A stretch of DNA of 64,000 nt, from the NCBI GenBank assembly GCA_046483065.1, contig JAWODW010000052.1, positions 24,666-88,665 of the forward strand, in the 5' to 3' direction. This DNA comes from Longimicrobiales bacterium. GTDB lineage: Bacteria > Gemmatimonadota > Gemmatimonadetes > Longimicrobiales > RSA9. The stretch's first letter is position 1. Every line of letters starts with the position of its first letter. The notes under the pieces were generated by a model. The model was not told the DNA's origin. It saw nothing but the letters and a program-made list of their open reading frames with translations, and did not search any database. Positions 16,918 to 26,032 of this stretch are shown piece by piece. Position numbers and translations under genes: made by a program.

Positions 16918-19572
16918 TCAGCCGCCCGCCCCGGCGTCCGAGGCCTGTTCGCGGTCACCGTCCCGGCCCCCGAGCCGGTCGGCGGTGATCAAGTAGAGCT
17001 GCCCCACCACCATCGGGAACAGGCTCCCGGCCGCGATCAGGAGCCACTGGGCGCCCACGGGCGGCGTGAGGCTCAGCACTCCGGCCAGCGGCTCCACGTA
17101 AACGGCCAGGCCCAGGAGCCCGATGCACAGGACGATGGCGCCCCAGACCCACGGGTTCCGGGTCACCTCGTTGCGCAGCGGGTGCGAGCCGGCGTCGCGC
17201 ATGTTGAAGACATGGAAGAGCCGGGCGCCCGAAAGGACCAGGAACGACGTGGTCACGGCGTCGCTTACCGGCAGCTCCAGACCGTTCAGCGCCCCGAAGA
17301 ACGCCCCGAGAATCGCCACGGTGATGACCGCGCCGTACGCCCCGATCTCCCACCACTGGCGAGCCTCGAGGATCGACTCGTCGGGGTCTCGCGGGGGTCG
17401 TTCCATGACGTGACCCTCCCCCTTCCCCACCCCCAACGCGAGCGCCGGGAACACGTCGTTGACCAGGTTCAGGTAGAGGATCTGGAGCGGCAGGAGCGGG
17501 AGCGGCGCGCCCACGGCCGAGGCGGCGCCCACTGCCAGGATCTCGCCCACGTTCCCCGACAGCAGGTAGACCACGAACTTCCGGACGTTCCGGAAGATCA
17601 CCCGGCCGTGGCGGACCGCCTCGACGATGGTGGAGAACGCGTCGTCCAGTAGCACCATGTCGGCAGCCTCGCGGGCCACCTCAGTGCCCCGACGGCCCAT
17701 GGCCACCCCGATGTCGGCCCGCTGCAGCGCCGGCGCGTCGTTGACGCCATCGCCGGTCATGGCCAGGATCTCGCCCCGTTCCTGGAACGCGTCGATGAGC
17801 CGGAGCTTCTGGGCCGGGTCCACCCGGGCGAACACCCGGGCCGATGCCGCCAGCTCTCCGTCCTCCGTGGCGTCTCCGGCCGCGTCGGCCAGCGTTTCGC
17901 CTGTCACCACGTCCAGCCCCTGCTCACCGATGCCCACGGCGGCGGCCACGTGGCGGGCCGTCTCCGGATGGTCGCCGGTGACCATGACCACCCGGATGCC
18001 GGCGTCCCGGCACTCCCCCACGGCCCCGGCCACGCCGTCCCGGGGTGGGTCGATGAGGCCGACGAGCCCCAGGAGCCGGAGGTCCCGGTACGGCTCCGTG
18101 TCCTCGCCGGCATCGCCGTCCTCTCCACCTTCCCGTACGGCCAGAGCCAGGACCCGGAGCCCCTCCGCCGCCAGCGCCTCGCTTCTCTCCAGCCATTCCG
18201 CCCGGGCCTCCTCCGTGAGCTCGCGGGCGCCCTCCGGTCCGGCGATGGTGGTGCTCGCCTCCAGGACGGCCTCCGGTGCGCCCTTCACCGCGACGAGCCC
18301 GCCGTCATCGGTCCGGTGATACGACGCCATCATGGCCGTCTCCCGCTCGAACCGCTCCACCCGGCGCCGGGGGAACCGCTCCAGCAGCTCGGGCCGGGAG
18401 AGCCCCACCTCCCGTCCCAGCCGGAGAAGGGCGAGCTCCATGGGGTCGCCGGGGCCGTCCTCGGCCCCCTCGGCCGCCTCGTCCTCTTCCGCCTCGTTGG
18501 CCAGGACCGCGATACGGATGGCCTCTTCCAGGAGCGGATCGTCGCCGGGCTGGACCGGGGCCTGTACCCGAACGTGGGGCAGCGCCAGAGTGGCCACGTC
18601 CATGCGGTTTTCGGTGAGGGTGCCCGTCTTGTCGGCGCAGATCACGGTGGTGGAGCCCAGCGTCTCCACGGAGGAGAGACGCCGGATGAGGGCGTTCCTG
18701 CGGGCCATGCGGCGAACGCCCCGGGCCAGGGCGATGGTGGCGACGATGGGGAGCCCTTCGGGCACGGCGGCCACCGCCAGCGCGATCCCGGTCTCGATCA
18801 TGAGGAAGATCTCACGGCCCGCCATGATCCCGGTCACGGCCACTACGGCGGCCACGCCGATGGTGAGCCAGACCAGGCGGCGGCCGAGGGTGTCGAGACG
18901 TCGCTCGAGGGGGGTCTCCTCCGAACCGGCCGCCCCCGCCATCTCGGAGATCTCGCCGATCTCCGTGTCCATCCCGGTCCGGACCACCACGCCGAGCCCG
19001 GTCCCGCGGGTCACGGCGGTGCCCTTGTAGCCCATGCAGGCCCGATCGGCCAGCGCCGTGTCGGCGTCCACGGGGTCGGCCTGCTTGGTCACGGGCACGG
19101 ACTCGCCCGTCAGCGGCGACTCGTCGATCTGGAGCCCGTCCACCTCCAGGATCCGGACGTCGGCGCCCAGGACCTCACCGCGCTCCAGCACCACGATGTC
19201 ACCCGGCACCAGCTCCACCGCCGGGACCTCACACACCTCACCGTCCCGGCGGACCTTCGAGTCGGCCTGCCCGAGCTCCTGCAGCGATTCCATGGAGCGG
19301 ACGGCCCGGAGCTCGGTGAAGAACCCGATGGCTGCGTTCACCACGATGACCACGCCGATGGCGATGGCCTCCACCACATGGCCGAAGGCCAGGGAGACGA
19401 CGATGGCCACCGCCAGGAGCGCCACGATGATGCTTCGCACCTGGTCCCAGAGGATCGCCCACCGGCTCCGTGCCTCGGCCTCCCGCAGCCGGTTCGGGCC
19501 GTATCGCTCCCGGCGGCCCTCCACAGCGTCACCCGACAGCCCGGTATCAGCATGGGTATCGAGCTGCTCCAC
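16918..19572 (-). CDS. Cation-transporting P2-type ATPase (Ca2+/Mg2+/Na+-type)
   Basis: 884 aa. Motifs TGES, AVPEGLP, DKTGTLT, TGDGVNDAPAL. Cation_ATPase N- and C-terminal TM bundles. Confidence 0.9.
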   Translation of the reverse strand: MEQLDTHADTGLSGDAVEGRRERYGPNRLREAEARSRWAILWDQVRSIIVALLAVAIVVSLAFGHVVEAIAIGVVIVVNAAIGFFTELRAVRSMESLQELGQADSKVRRDGEVCEVPAVELVPGDIVVLERGEVLGADVRILEVDGLQIDESPLTGESVPVTKQADPVDADTALADRACMGYKGTAVTRGTGLGVVVRTGMDTEIGEISEMAGAAGSEETPLERRLDTLGRRLVWLTIGVAAVVAVTGIMAGREIFLMIETGIALAVAAVPEGLPIVATIALARGVRRMARRNALIRRLSSVETLGSTTVICADKTGTLTENRMDVATLALPHVRVQAPVQPGDDPLLEEAIRIAVLANEAEEDEAAEGAEDGPGDPMELALLRLGREVGLSRPELLERFPRRRVERFERETAMMASYHRTDDGGLVAVKGAPEAVLEASTTIAGPEGARELTEEARAEWLERSEALAAEGLRVLALAVREGGEDGDAGEDTEPYRDLRLLGLVGLIDPPRDGVAGAVGECRDAGIRVVMVTGDHPETARHVAAAVGIGEQGLDVVTGETLADAAGDATEDGELAASARVFARVDPAQKLRLIDAFQERGEILAMTGDGVNDAPALQRADIGVAMGRRGTEVAREAADMVLLDDAFSTIVEAVRHGRVIFRNVRKFVVYLLSGNVGEILAVGAASAVGAPLPLLPLQILYLNLVNDVFPALALGVGKGEGHVMERPPRDPDESILEARQWWEIGAYGAVITVAILGAFFGALNGLELPVSDAVTTSFLVLSGARLFHVFNMRDAGSHPLRNEVTRNPWVWGAIVLCIGLLGLAVYVEPLAGVLSLTPPVGAQWLLIAAGSLFPMVVGQLYLITADRLGGRDGDREQASDAGAGG

Positions 19573-19633
19573 GATCTCACCCGGATCGCGGGCCCACGGC
19601 TTGTCCAGCGCCGCTCTGGACCCCTGCGCCGGG

Positions 19634-20182
19634 TCAGTCAGTCTCGGCCTCCGGGCTCGGGGTCCCGGGCGCGGCCGTGCCCGGCGCCTGGCCGATCCGG
19701 ATGGTACCGAAGACCCGACCGCCCTCCTTCAGCCCGAGGCGGCGGGCGGTGACATCGCCTTCCACCGTGGCCGTATCCTCGAGCACGAGCCGGTGCTCCG
19801 CCTCGATGGGGCCCCGCACGTGACCCTCGATCACGCCCTCGTGGACCTCGAGCCCGGACCCCACCGACCCTTCCGTACCCACCTCCACCCGGGGCGCCCG
19901 GACGGCTCCACCGACCTGGCCCTCGATGACCACCACCCGACCCGACCCGGAACCGCCTGTTCCGGTGACGTCGCCGTCCACCCGCCCGCCCGGGCCGACG
20001 GTCAGTCGCCCGGCACGAACGCTGCCCTTCACGTGGCCGTCCACGCGCAGCGCACCATCGGTTTCACAGTCCCCGCCGAGGACCATGTCCGCGGAGATGA
20101 TGGAGTCTGCGGACGCGCCCGAAGCGATACGGGGAGAGGCCGCCTCCTCCTGCCCTCGGTCCCTGCTCAACCCGAATGCCAT
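19634..20182 (-). CDS. Bactofilin-family polymer-forming cytoskeletal protein
   Basis: Tail of ORF 19634..20413 from ATG 20182 (MAFGLSRD...). Beta-helical repeats LRVDGHVKGSVRAGRLTVGPGGRVDGDV...IEGHVRGPIEAEHRLVLEDTATVEGDVTARRLGLKEGGRVFG. Pro/Ala-rich tail. Confidence 0.8.
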   Translation of the reverse strand: MAFGLSRDRGQEEAASPRIASGASADSIISADMVLGGDCETDGALRVDGHVKGSVRAGRLTVGPGGRVDGDVTGTGGSGSGRVVVIEGQVGGAVRAPRVEVGTEGSVGSGLEVHEGVIEGHVRGPIEAEHRLVLEDTATVEGDVTARRLGLKEGGRVFGTIRIGQAPGTAAPGTPSPEAETD

Positions 20183-20715
20183 CAGCGGAGCGCGTCCAGC
20201 GCGGTCGCGTGCGTCTCGAGTGCGTCGTCGTCGTAGAGGACGAATCGGATCCGGCGCACCGACTCCAGCTCCGACAGCTCCTCCACGACGGTGCCGAGGG
20301 CCACCTCCGCGGCCTCGCCCATGGGATATCCGAATGCGCCCGTGGAGAGCGCCGGGAAGGCCACGGATTCGAGGCCATTCTCCTCCGCGAGCCGCAGCGC
20401 CTCCCGGTAGCACGAGGCCAGCAGCTCGTCCGACGGCTCGTCCCGGCCGTACACCGGCCCGAGGCAGTGGATCACGTGGGGGTTCGGCAGGTCGTGCCCC
20501 GAAGTGATCACCGCCTCGCCCGGTTCGATGGGGGCCAGCGGACCGGTCTCCTCCTCCAGCCCGGGTCCTGCCGCCCGGTGGATGGCGCCGGCCACCCCGC
20601 CGCCGATCCGGAGCTGGGCGTTGGCGGCGTTCACGATGGCGTCGAAATCGTCCTGCGCCGTGATATCGCCCGCCGTCAACTCGAGGCGGACGCCGTGGCG
20701 TTCCAGCGTGTTCAT
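20182..20715 (-). CDS. Macro domain protein (O-acetyl-ADP-ribose deacetylase / ADP-ribose binding, YmdB-like)
   Basis: ORF 20182..20760, start at MNTLERH. Motifs GDITAQDDFDAIVNAANAQLRIGGGVAGAIHRAAG and AFPALSTGAFGYP. The stop overlaps the bactofilin ATG (TGATG). Confidence 0.85.
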   Translation of the reverse strand: MNTLERHGVRLELTAGDITAQDDFDAIVNAANAQLRIGGGVAGAIHRAAGPGLEEETGPLAPIEPGEAVITSGHDLPNPHVIHCLGPVYGRDEPSDELLASCYREALRLAEENGLESVAFPALSTGAFGYPMGEAAEVALGTVVEELSELESVRRIRFVLYDDDALETHATALDALR

Positions 20716-20773
20716 GGGCTCTCCGTGTCCGATGCGCGTTCCTGCTCCCATCGGGGGCAATGATCGTTCCGGG

Positions 20774-21235
20774 TTACGCGGCCAGCTCGGCCACCACCGG
20801 GTCCACCAGCCGCTCGAACTCGGCGTACGGCATACGGACCAGCTCGTGGTGGCTCCCGGCAGGGAACGCGATCTGTTCGTCCTCGCGCAGGTGCCGGTCC
20901 ACGAACACCGGGAGGTCCCACAAGTTGCCGAACGGCGGCATGGCGCCCGGCTCGCACGTCGGGAACAGGTCCTTGAACTCGTCCTCGCCGGCCAGTTGTA
21001 CGGATCCGGCGCCGGTCACGTCCTCGACCCGCTCCAGGTCGACCTGGAGCGTGGCGGGGAGCACCACCATGGCCATCGCCCCGTCCACCTTGACCATGAC
21101 GGTCTTGGCGATCTCCTTTCCCCGGATATGGGCCGCCGCCGCGGCCTCCTGCGCCGTGTACGCTTCGGGATGCGCGACCGTCTCGTAATCGACACCGTTC
21201 TCTTCCAGGAACTGCTTCAACTTCTCTACCGGCAT
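20774..21235 (-). CDS. YbaK/EbsC-type aminoacyl-tRNA deacylase domain protein
   Basis: Tail of ORF 20774..21385 from ATG 21235 (MPVEKLKQFLEENGVDYETVAHPEAYTAQE...KTVMVKVDG...GAMPPFGNLW). Confidence 0.8.
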   Translation of the reverse strand: MPVEKLKQFLEENGVDYETVAHPEAYTAQEAAAAAHIRGKEIAKTVMVKVDGAMAMVVLPATLQVDLERVEDVTGAGSVQLAGEDEFKDLFPTCEPGAMPPFGNLWDLPVFVDRHLREDEQIAFPAGSHHELVRMPYAEFERLVDPVVAELAA

Positions 21236-21366
21236 GCTCCACCTCCCGGTTCGGTTGGATAGCGCCCCCCATTTCCACCGGTTTCCGGTGCACAACCCGT
21301 TCCGCGCGGCGGCGCACGCGGCTTGCATGAGGAGAGGGCGAGACGGGCACGAACCGGGAGCCGACC

Positions 21367-22335
21367 ATGAGCCATACCACCACACTGACCATGAACCCCG
21401 CCGTGGACGTGTCTGCGGCGGTGGACCAGGTCACGGCCGAGGAGAAGCTGCGGCTTCGTGAGCCCCAGCGCGACCCGGGGGGTGGTGGGATCAACGTGGC
21501 CCGGGCCATCTGCCGGCTCGGAGGCAGCGCGCGTGCCGTCTTCGCGGCCGGCGGGAGCAGCGGCGCGCTCCTCGAACGCCTCCTCGACGCGGAATCGGTG
21601 CCCGCCCACGCCGTGGACGTGGAAGACTTCACGCGGGAGAATCTGTTCGTGTCGGAAGACCGATCAGACCGGCAGTTCCGGTTCATCATGCCGGGCCCCG
21701 AGCTCGACGAGGCCGAGCGGGACCGGCTGGCCGAGGCGGCGTTCGACGACAGACCTGACTACCTGGTGGCCAGCGGAAGCCTGCCACCGGGCGTGCCCGA
21801 CGATTTCTACGCGCGTCTCGCGCGTACCGCACAGGAGTGGGACGTCCGGTTCATCCTGGACACCTCCGGCGACGCCCTGTGCCGGGGCGTTGAGGCCGGC
21901 GTATTCCTCCTCAAGCCCAACCTCCGGGAGCTCGCCCAGATCGCCGGCCAGGACGTCTCGGAGGACCCGGACCAGGAGGCCGCCGCCCGCCGGCTCGTGG
22001 ACGAGGGTCTCGCAGAGGTGGTCGTGGTCAGCCTCGGCGCCGCCGGCGTGCTCCTGGTGACGGACCAGCACACCGAGCGCATCCCTGCCCCCACCGTCCC
22101 CATCCGGAGCAAGGTAGGCGCCGGGGACAGCACCGTGGCAGGGATCACCGCCGCCCTGGCCCGGGGCGACGACGTGGCCACCGCCGTTCGCTTCGGCGTG
22201 GCCGCCGGCGCGGCGGCGGTCATGACGCCGGGCACCGAGCTGTGCCGCCGGGAGGACACCGAGCGGCTCTTCGAGCGGGTTCGCGGCCGCGCCGCGGGTG
22301 CCGAGGGCGCCGAGGCCCGGGAGGCCCGGGGATGA
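21367..22335 (+). CDS. PfkB-family carbohydrate kinase (1-phosphofructokinase / 6-phosphofructokinase-2 / tagatose-6-P kinase subfamily)
   Basis: 322 aa. TLTMNPAVDVS, GGGGINVARA, C-terminal GAGDSTVAG motif. Confidence 0.85.
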   Translation: MSHTTTLTMNPAVDVSAAVDQVTAEEKLRLREPQRDPGGGGINVARAICRLGGSARAVFAAGGSSGALLERLLDAESVPAHAVDVEDFTRENLFVSEDRSDRQFRFIMPGPELDEAERDRLAEAAFDDRPDYLVASGSLPPGVPDDFYARLARTAQEWDVRFILDTSGDALCRGVEAGVFLLKPNLRELAQIAGQDVSEDPDQEAAARRLVDEGLAEVVVVSLGAAGVLLVTDQHTERIPAPTVPIRSKVGAGDSTVAGITAALARGDDVATAVRFGVAAGAAAVMTPGTELCRREDTERLFERVRGRAAGAEGAEAREARG

Positions 22336-23114
22336 GCCCCGACACTGATGCCACCGGGAGCGATCTCGTCCGCCGGATGGAGGGGCTCCAGGCCTTTATC
22401 GTGGACCTCGACGGCGTGGTGACCGACACGGCGGTACTGCACGAGCGGGCGTGGAAACGGATGTTCGAGGAGTACCTGGCCGAGCGCCGGGGGGAGGACG
22501 CCGAGCCGTTCACGAGCCGGGACTACCGGCGCTACGTGGACGGGAAGCCCCGGTACGACGGCGCCGCCGCCTTCCTGGAGTCCCGGGGGATCGACCTGCC
22601 CCGGGGCGAGCCTGATGACCCGCCGGACCGGGAGACGGTGAGCGGCCTCGGGAACCGGAAGAACCGGTACTTCCAGGAGCTCCTCGAACGGGATGGCGCC
22701 CGGGTGTTCGATGGCGCGGTGCGGTGGCTCCGGGACGCGGCCGACCGCGGTTATCGTCTGGCGGTGGTGACCTCCAGCCGGAACGGCCGTCGGATCCTGG
22801 ATGCCGCGGGTCTCGGGGATCTCTTCGACGCCCGCGTCGACGGCCGGGACGGCCAGGAGCGTGGCCTCCCCGGGAAACCGGACCCCGCCTACTTCCTCGC
22901 CGCCGCGGCGGACCTGGCCGTGGCACCCGACCACGCCGCCATCGCGGAAGACGCCGGGGCCGGCGTGGAGGCCGGGCGCCGGGGCGGCTTCGCCCTGGTG
23001 ATCGGGGTGGCAGCGACAGAGAACGCGGACCGGCTCCGGGAGGCGGGCGCCGACGTGGTGGTCGAGCGCCTGGCGGAGCTGCCCCTCCCTGCACCTCGGA
23101 TGGAGAACTCATGA
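22332..23114 (+). CDS. pgmB: HAD-superfamily hydrolase, beta-phosphoglucomutase family
   Basis: Tail of ORF 22242..23114 from ATG 22332 (ATGA overlap with the pfkB stop). Motifs FIVDLDGVVTDT, VVTSSRN, GKPDPAYF, EDAGAGVEAG. Confidence 0.8.
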   Translation: MSPDTDATGSDLVRRMEGLQAFIVDLDGVVTDTAVLHERAWKRMFEEYLAERRGEDAEPFTSRDYRRYVDGKPRYDGAAAFLESRGIDLPRGEPDDPPDRETVSGLGNRKNRYFQELLERDGARVFDGAVRWLRDAADRGYRLAVVTSSRNGRRILDAAGLGDLFDARVDGRDGQERGLPGKPDPAYFLAAAADLAVAPDHAAIAEDAGAGVEAGRRGGFALVIGVAATENADRLREAGADVVVERLAELPLPAPRMENS

Positions 23115-25531
23115 CCGAATGGCTGCTGATCTACGACGAATACGACCCGGACGAGGAAGGGCTCCGGGAAGCGCTCTGCACCACCGGGAACGGTGTGTTC
23201 GCCACCCGGGGCGCGGCGCCCGAGTGCGCGGCCGACGACGTCCACTACCCGGGCACGTACCGCATCGGGCTGTACGACCGGCAGGAGACCACCATCGAGG
23301 GGACCACGGTTCCGAACGAGAGCCTGGTCAACCTGCCGAACTGGCTCCACTTCCGGTTCCGGATCGAGGACGGCGAGTGGTTCACGCCCGACGCCGGTGA
23401 CCTGGTGGACTACGAGCAGCGCTTCGACGCCCGCGAGGGGCTCCTCTCCCGGCATCTCCAGTTCCGTCACGACGACCGGGTCACGTCGGTGACCCAGCGT
23501 CGGTTCGTCAGCATGGCCGACCCGCATATGGGCGCGCTGGAAACCACGTTCAAGGCGGAGAACTGGTCGGGCCGTCTCGAGGTCCGGTCCGGGATCGATG
23601 GAAACGTGGAGAACGGTGGTGTGGAGCGGTATCGACAGCTGGAGAGCCGGCATCTGGATGTGCTCGAGACCCGGGAGCTGGATGACGGCGAGTCCCTCCT
23701 CCTCCTGGCCGAGACCCGCCAGTCGCGGATCCGGATCGCGGAGGCCGTACGCACGTGCGTTCACCGCGATGAGCACGCCGTCGAAGTGGAGCGGGAGCGG
23801 GTGGAGGGGGAGGGCCGGATCGCCCACGGCATGACCGTGGAGCTGGCCGAGGACGAGGCCGTCACCTTCGAGAAGGTCCTGACCCTGTACACGTCCCTGG
23901 ACCGTGCCGTCTCCGAGTGCGGCCTCGAGGCGCGCCGGCACCTGGAGGCCGCGCCCCGGTTCAGCGAGCTGCTCCGGCGCCATATCCTGGCCTGGAGCCA
24001 GTACTGGCGGCGGTCCGAGATCCGGATCGGGACCGACGAGCACACCGACCGGGCCGTGAACCTCTACCTCTGCCACACGCTCCAGACCGTGTCGGACAAC
24101 ACCGTCGGCCACGACGTGGGCGTGCCGGCCCGGGGGATCCACGGCGAGGCGTACCGCGGGCACGTCTTCTGGGACGAGCTGTTCGTGTTCCCCGTCCTCG
24201 ACTTCCGGCTTCCGGAGTTGACCCGCTCGCTCCTCAAGTACCGTTACCACCGGCTCCCGGCGGCCCGGCGGGCGGCCGCGGAGGCCGGCTACGAGGGCGC
24301 CATGTTCCCGTGGCAGAGCGGGAGCAGCGGTCGGGAGGAGACCCAAACGCTGCACCTGAACCCCCGCTCCGGGCGCTGGGTGCCCGACAACACCCACCTC
24401 CAGCGCCATATCAACGTGGCCATCCCGTACAGCATCTGGAAGCACTACCAGGCCACGGGCGACCTGGAGCTACTGGCCTTCTACGGCGCCGAGATGATCC
24501 TGGAGACCGCCCGGTTCTGGGCGAGCATCACCGAGTACAACCGGGCCCGGGACCGCTACGAGATCAACGGCGTGCTCGGGCCCGACGAGTTCCACACCCG
24601 GTACCCGGGCGCCGATGAACCGGGCCTCGACAACAACGCCTACACCAACGTCATGGTGGTCTGGGTCCTGCTGCGGGCGCTGGAGCTGACCGACGTCCTG
24701 CCGGGGCGGCGCCGCGAGCTCCTCTGGGAGAAGCTGGGGATCCAGCGGATGGAGCTGGAGCTGTGGGAGGACATCACCCGGAAGATGTTCGTCCCGTTCC
24801 ACGATGACGATCGGATCATCAGCCAGTTCCAGGGCTACCGCGACCTTAACGAGCTCGACTGGGCCGACTACCGGGATCGCTACGACGACATCCAGCGCCT
24901 GGACCGGATCCTCGAGGCCGAGGACGACGACATCAACCGATACAAGGCGTCGAAGCAGGCTGACGTCCTCATGCTCTTCTTCCTCCTCTCATCCGACGAG
25001 CTGGCCGGGATCTTCCACCGGCTCCGGTACCCCTTCGACCGGGAGACCATGGCCCGGAACACCGACTACTACATGGAGCGGACGTCGCATGGCTCCACGC
25101 TCAGCGGCGTGGTCCACGCCTGGGTCCTGGCACGGACCGACCGGGACCGGGCATGGGAGTTCTTCCGGCGGGCGCTGGAGAGTGACATCTCCGACATCCA
25201 GGGCGGGACCACCCCGGAAGGGATCCACCTCGGGGCCATGACCGGGACGGTGGACCTGCTCCAGCGGTGCTATACCGGTATGGAGGCCCGGGGCGATCGG
25301 CTCCGGTTCGACCCCCGCATCCCCGAAGACCTGGACGAGCTCCATTTCACCATCCAGTACCGGAGCAACTGGCTCGACATCGACCTCTGCCGGGACCACA
25401 TCACCATCCACGCCCAGCCCAGCTCGGCGGCGGCCGTGGACGTGGAGGTGAACGGCGAGCGGCGTACGGTCTCACCGGGCAGTCGCGTCCGCTTCGAGCG
25501 GGAGCTCCCGGAGGACGCGGACACGGACTGA
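23111..25531 (+). CDS. Glycoside hydrolase family 65 disaccharide phosphorylase (maltose/trehalose/kojibiose phosphorylase-like)
   Basis: Tail of ORF 22724..25531 from ATG 23111 (ATGA overlap). NGVFATRGA N-terminal domain and catalytic-region block IHGEAYRGHVFWDELFVFP. 806 aa. Confidence 0.9.
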   Translation: MTEWLLIYDEYDPDEEGLREALCTTGNGVFATRGAAPECAADDVHYPGTYRIGLYDRQETTIEGTTVPNESLVNLPNWLHFRFRIEDGEWFTPDAGDLVDYEQRFDAREGLLSRHLQFRHDDRVTSVTQRRFVSMADPHMGALETTFKAENWSGRLEVRSGIDGNVENGGVERYRQLESRHLDVLETRELDDGESLLLLAETRQSRIRIAEAVRTCVHRDEHAVEVERERVEGEGRIAHGMTVELAEDEAVTFEKVLTLYTSLDRAVSECGLEARRHLEAAPRFSELLRRHILAWSQYWRRSEIRIGTDEHTDRAVNLYLCHTLQTVSDNTVGHDVGVPARGIHGEAYRGHVFWDELFVFPVLDFRLPELTRSLLKYRYHRLPAARRAAAEAGYEGAMFPWQSGSSGREETQTLHLNPRSGRWVPDNTHLQRHINVAIPYSIWKHYQATGDLELLAFYGAEMILETARFWASITEYNRARDRYEINGVLGPDEFHTRYPGADEPGLDNNAYTNVMVVWVLLRALELTDVLPGRRRELLWEKLGIQRMELELWEDITRKMFVPFHDDDRIISQFQGYRDLNELDWADYRDRYDDIQRLDRILEAEDDDINRYKASKQADVLMLFFLLSSDELAGIFHRLRYPFDRETMARNTDYYMERTSHGSTLSGVVHAWVLARTDRDRAWEFFRRALESDISDIQGGTTPEGIHLGAMTGTVDLLQRCYTGMEARGDRLRFDPRIPEDLDELHFTIQYRSNWLDIDLCRDHITIHAQPSSAAAVDVEVNGERRTVSPGSRVRFERELPEDADTD

Positions 25532-25581
25532 ACCCGCGCCGCCCCGCGCGTCGGTCGGCCTCCGGCCGCCTGTTCCGTCGG

Positions 25582-26022
25582 TCAGGATTCGGGTCGGGTC
25601 GGCCGCTGCCAGCGGAGCAGCTTGTCGTACTCGTGCATGAAGTTGGCGATGACCTGATCACGGTCGTACCCGAGGATCCCGTAGTCCTGGGGCCCCTCAT
25701 CGGTGTAGACCATGGCCCGGAAATAGCTGTCCCGATCCTCGTCTTCGAAGGTCAGCCCCGGGAACGCGAAGGTGGGCCGCCGGAAGGTCCGGACCTTCAC
25801 CGCGTAGTAGAACTCCTCGTCGTCGCCATCGAACACCCGGATGGCCACCCGATCGGGCCCCTTCTCGATCTCGCCGCGCCGGCCGTGGCGCGTCAGCTCG
25901 TCGGCCACGTCGCCCAGCGCCGGCGCGACCGTCTCTCGAAGAAACTCACGCACCTGTTCCCTGCTCCACTGCTCCGGACGCCGGCGTCCGAGAGCGCGTT
26001 TCAGCTGATCTTTCCACGACAT
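25582..26022 (-). CDS. Hypothetical cytoplasmic protein (146 aa), last gene of the porin-BCCT operon
   Basis: Clean ORF with coding-like composition, 10 nt after the BCCT stop. No domain recognised. Confidence 0.65.
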   Translation of the reverse strand: MSWKDQLKRALGRRRPEQWSREQVREFLRETVAPALGDVADELTRHGRRGEIEKGPDRVAIRVFDGDDEEFYYAVKVRTFRRPTFAFPGLTFEDEDRDSYFRAMVYTDEGPQDYGILGYDRDQVIANFMHEYDKLLRWQRPTRPES

Positions 26023-26032
26023 GCCGATCCTC

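Noticed and set aside
22724-23110. N-terminal 129-codon extension of the GH65 ORF; the same issue applies at 48835..49134 for the S9 peptidase, 36493..36588 for the tandem USP, 42520..42615 for the hydrogenase beta subunit and 33382..34602 for the third MrpD-like gene
   Set aside because: The extensions overlap the preceding gene in another frame and are Arg/Gly/Pro-rich. They precede internal starts that form ATGA/GTGA overlaps or have a good Shine-Dalgarno sequence, so the internal starts were used.
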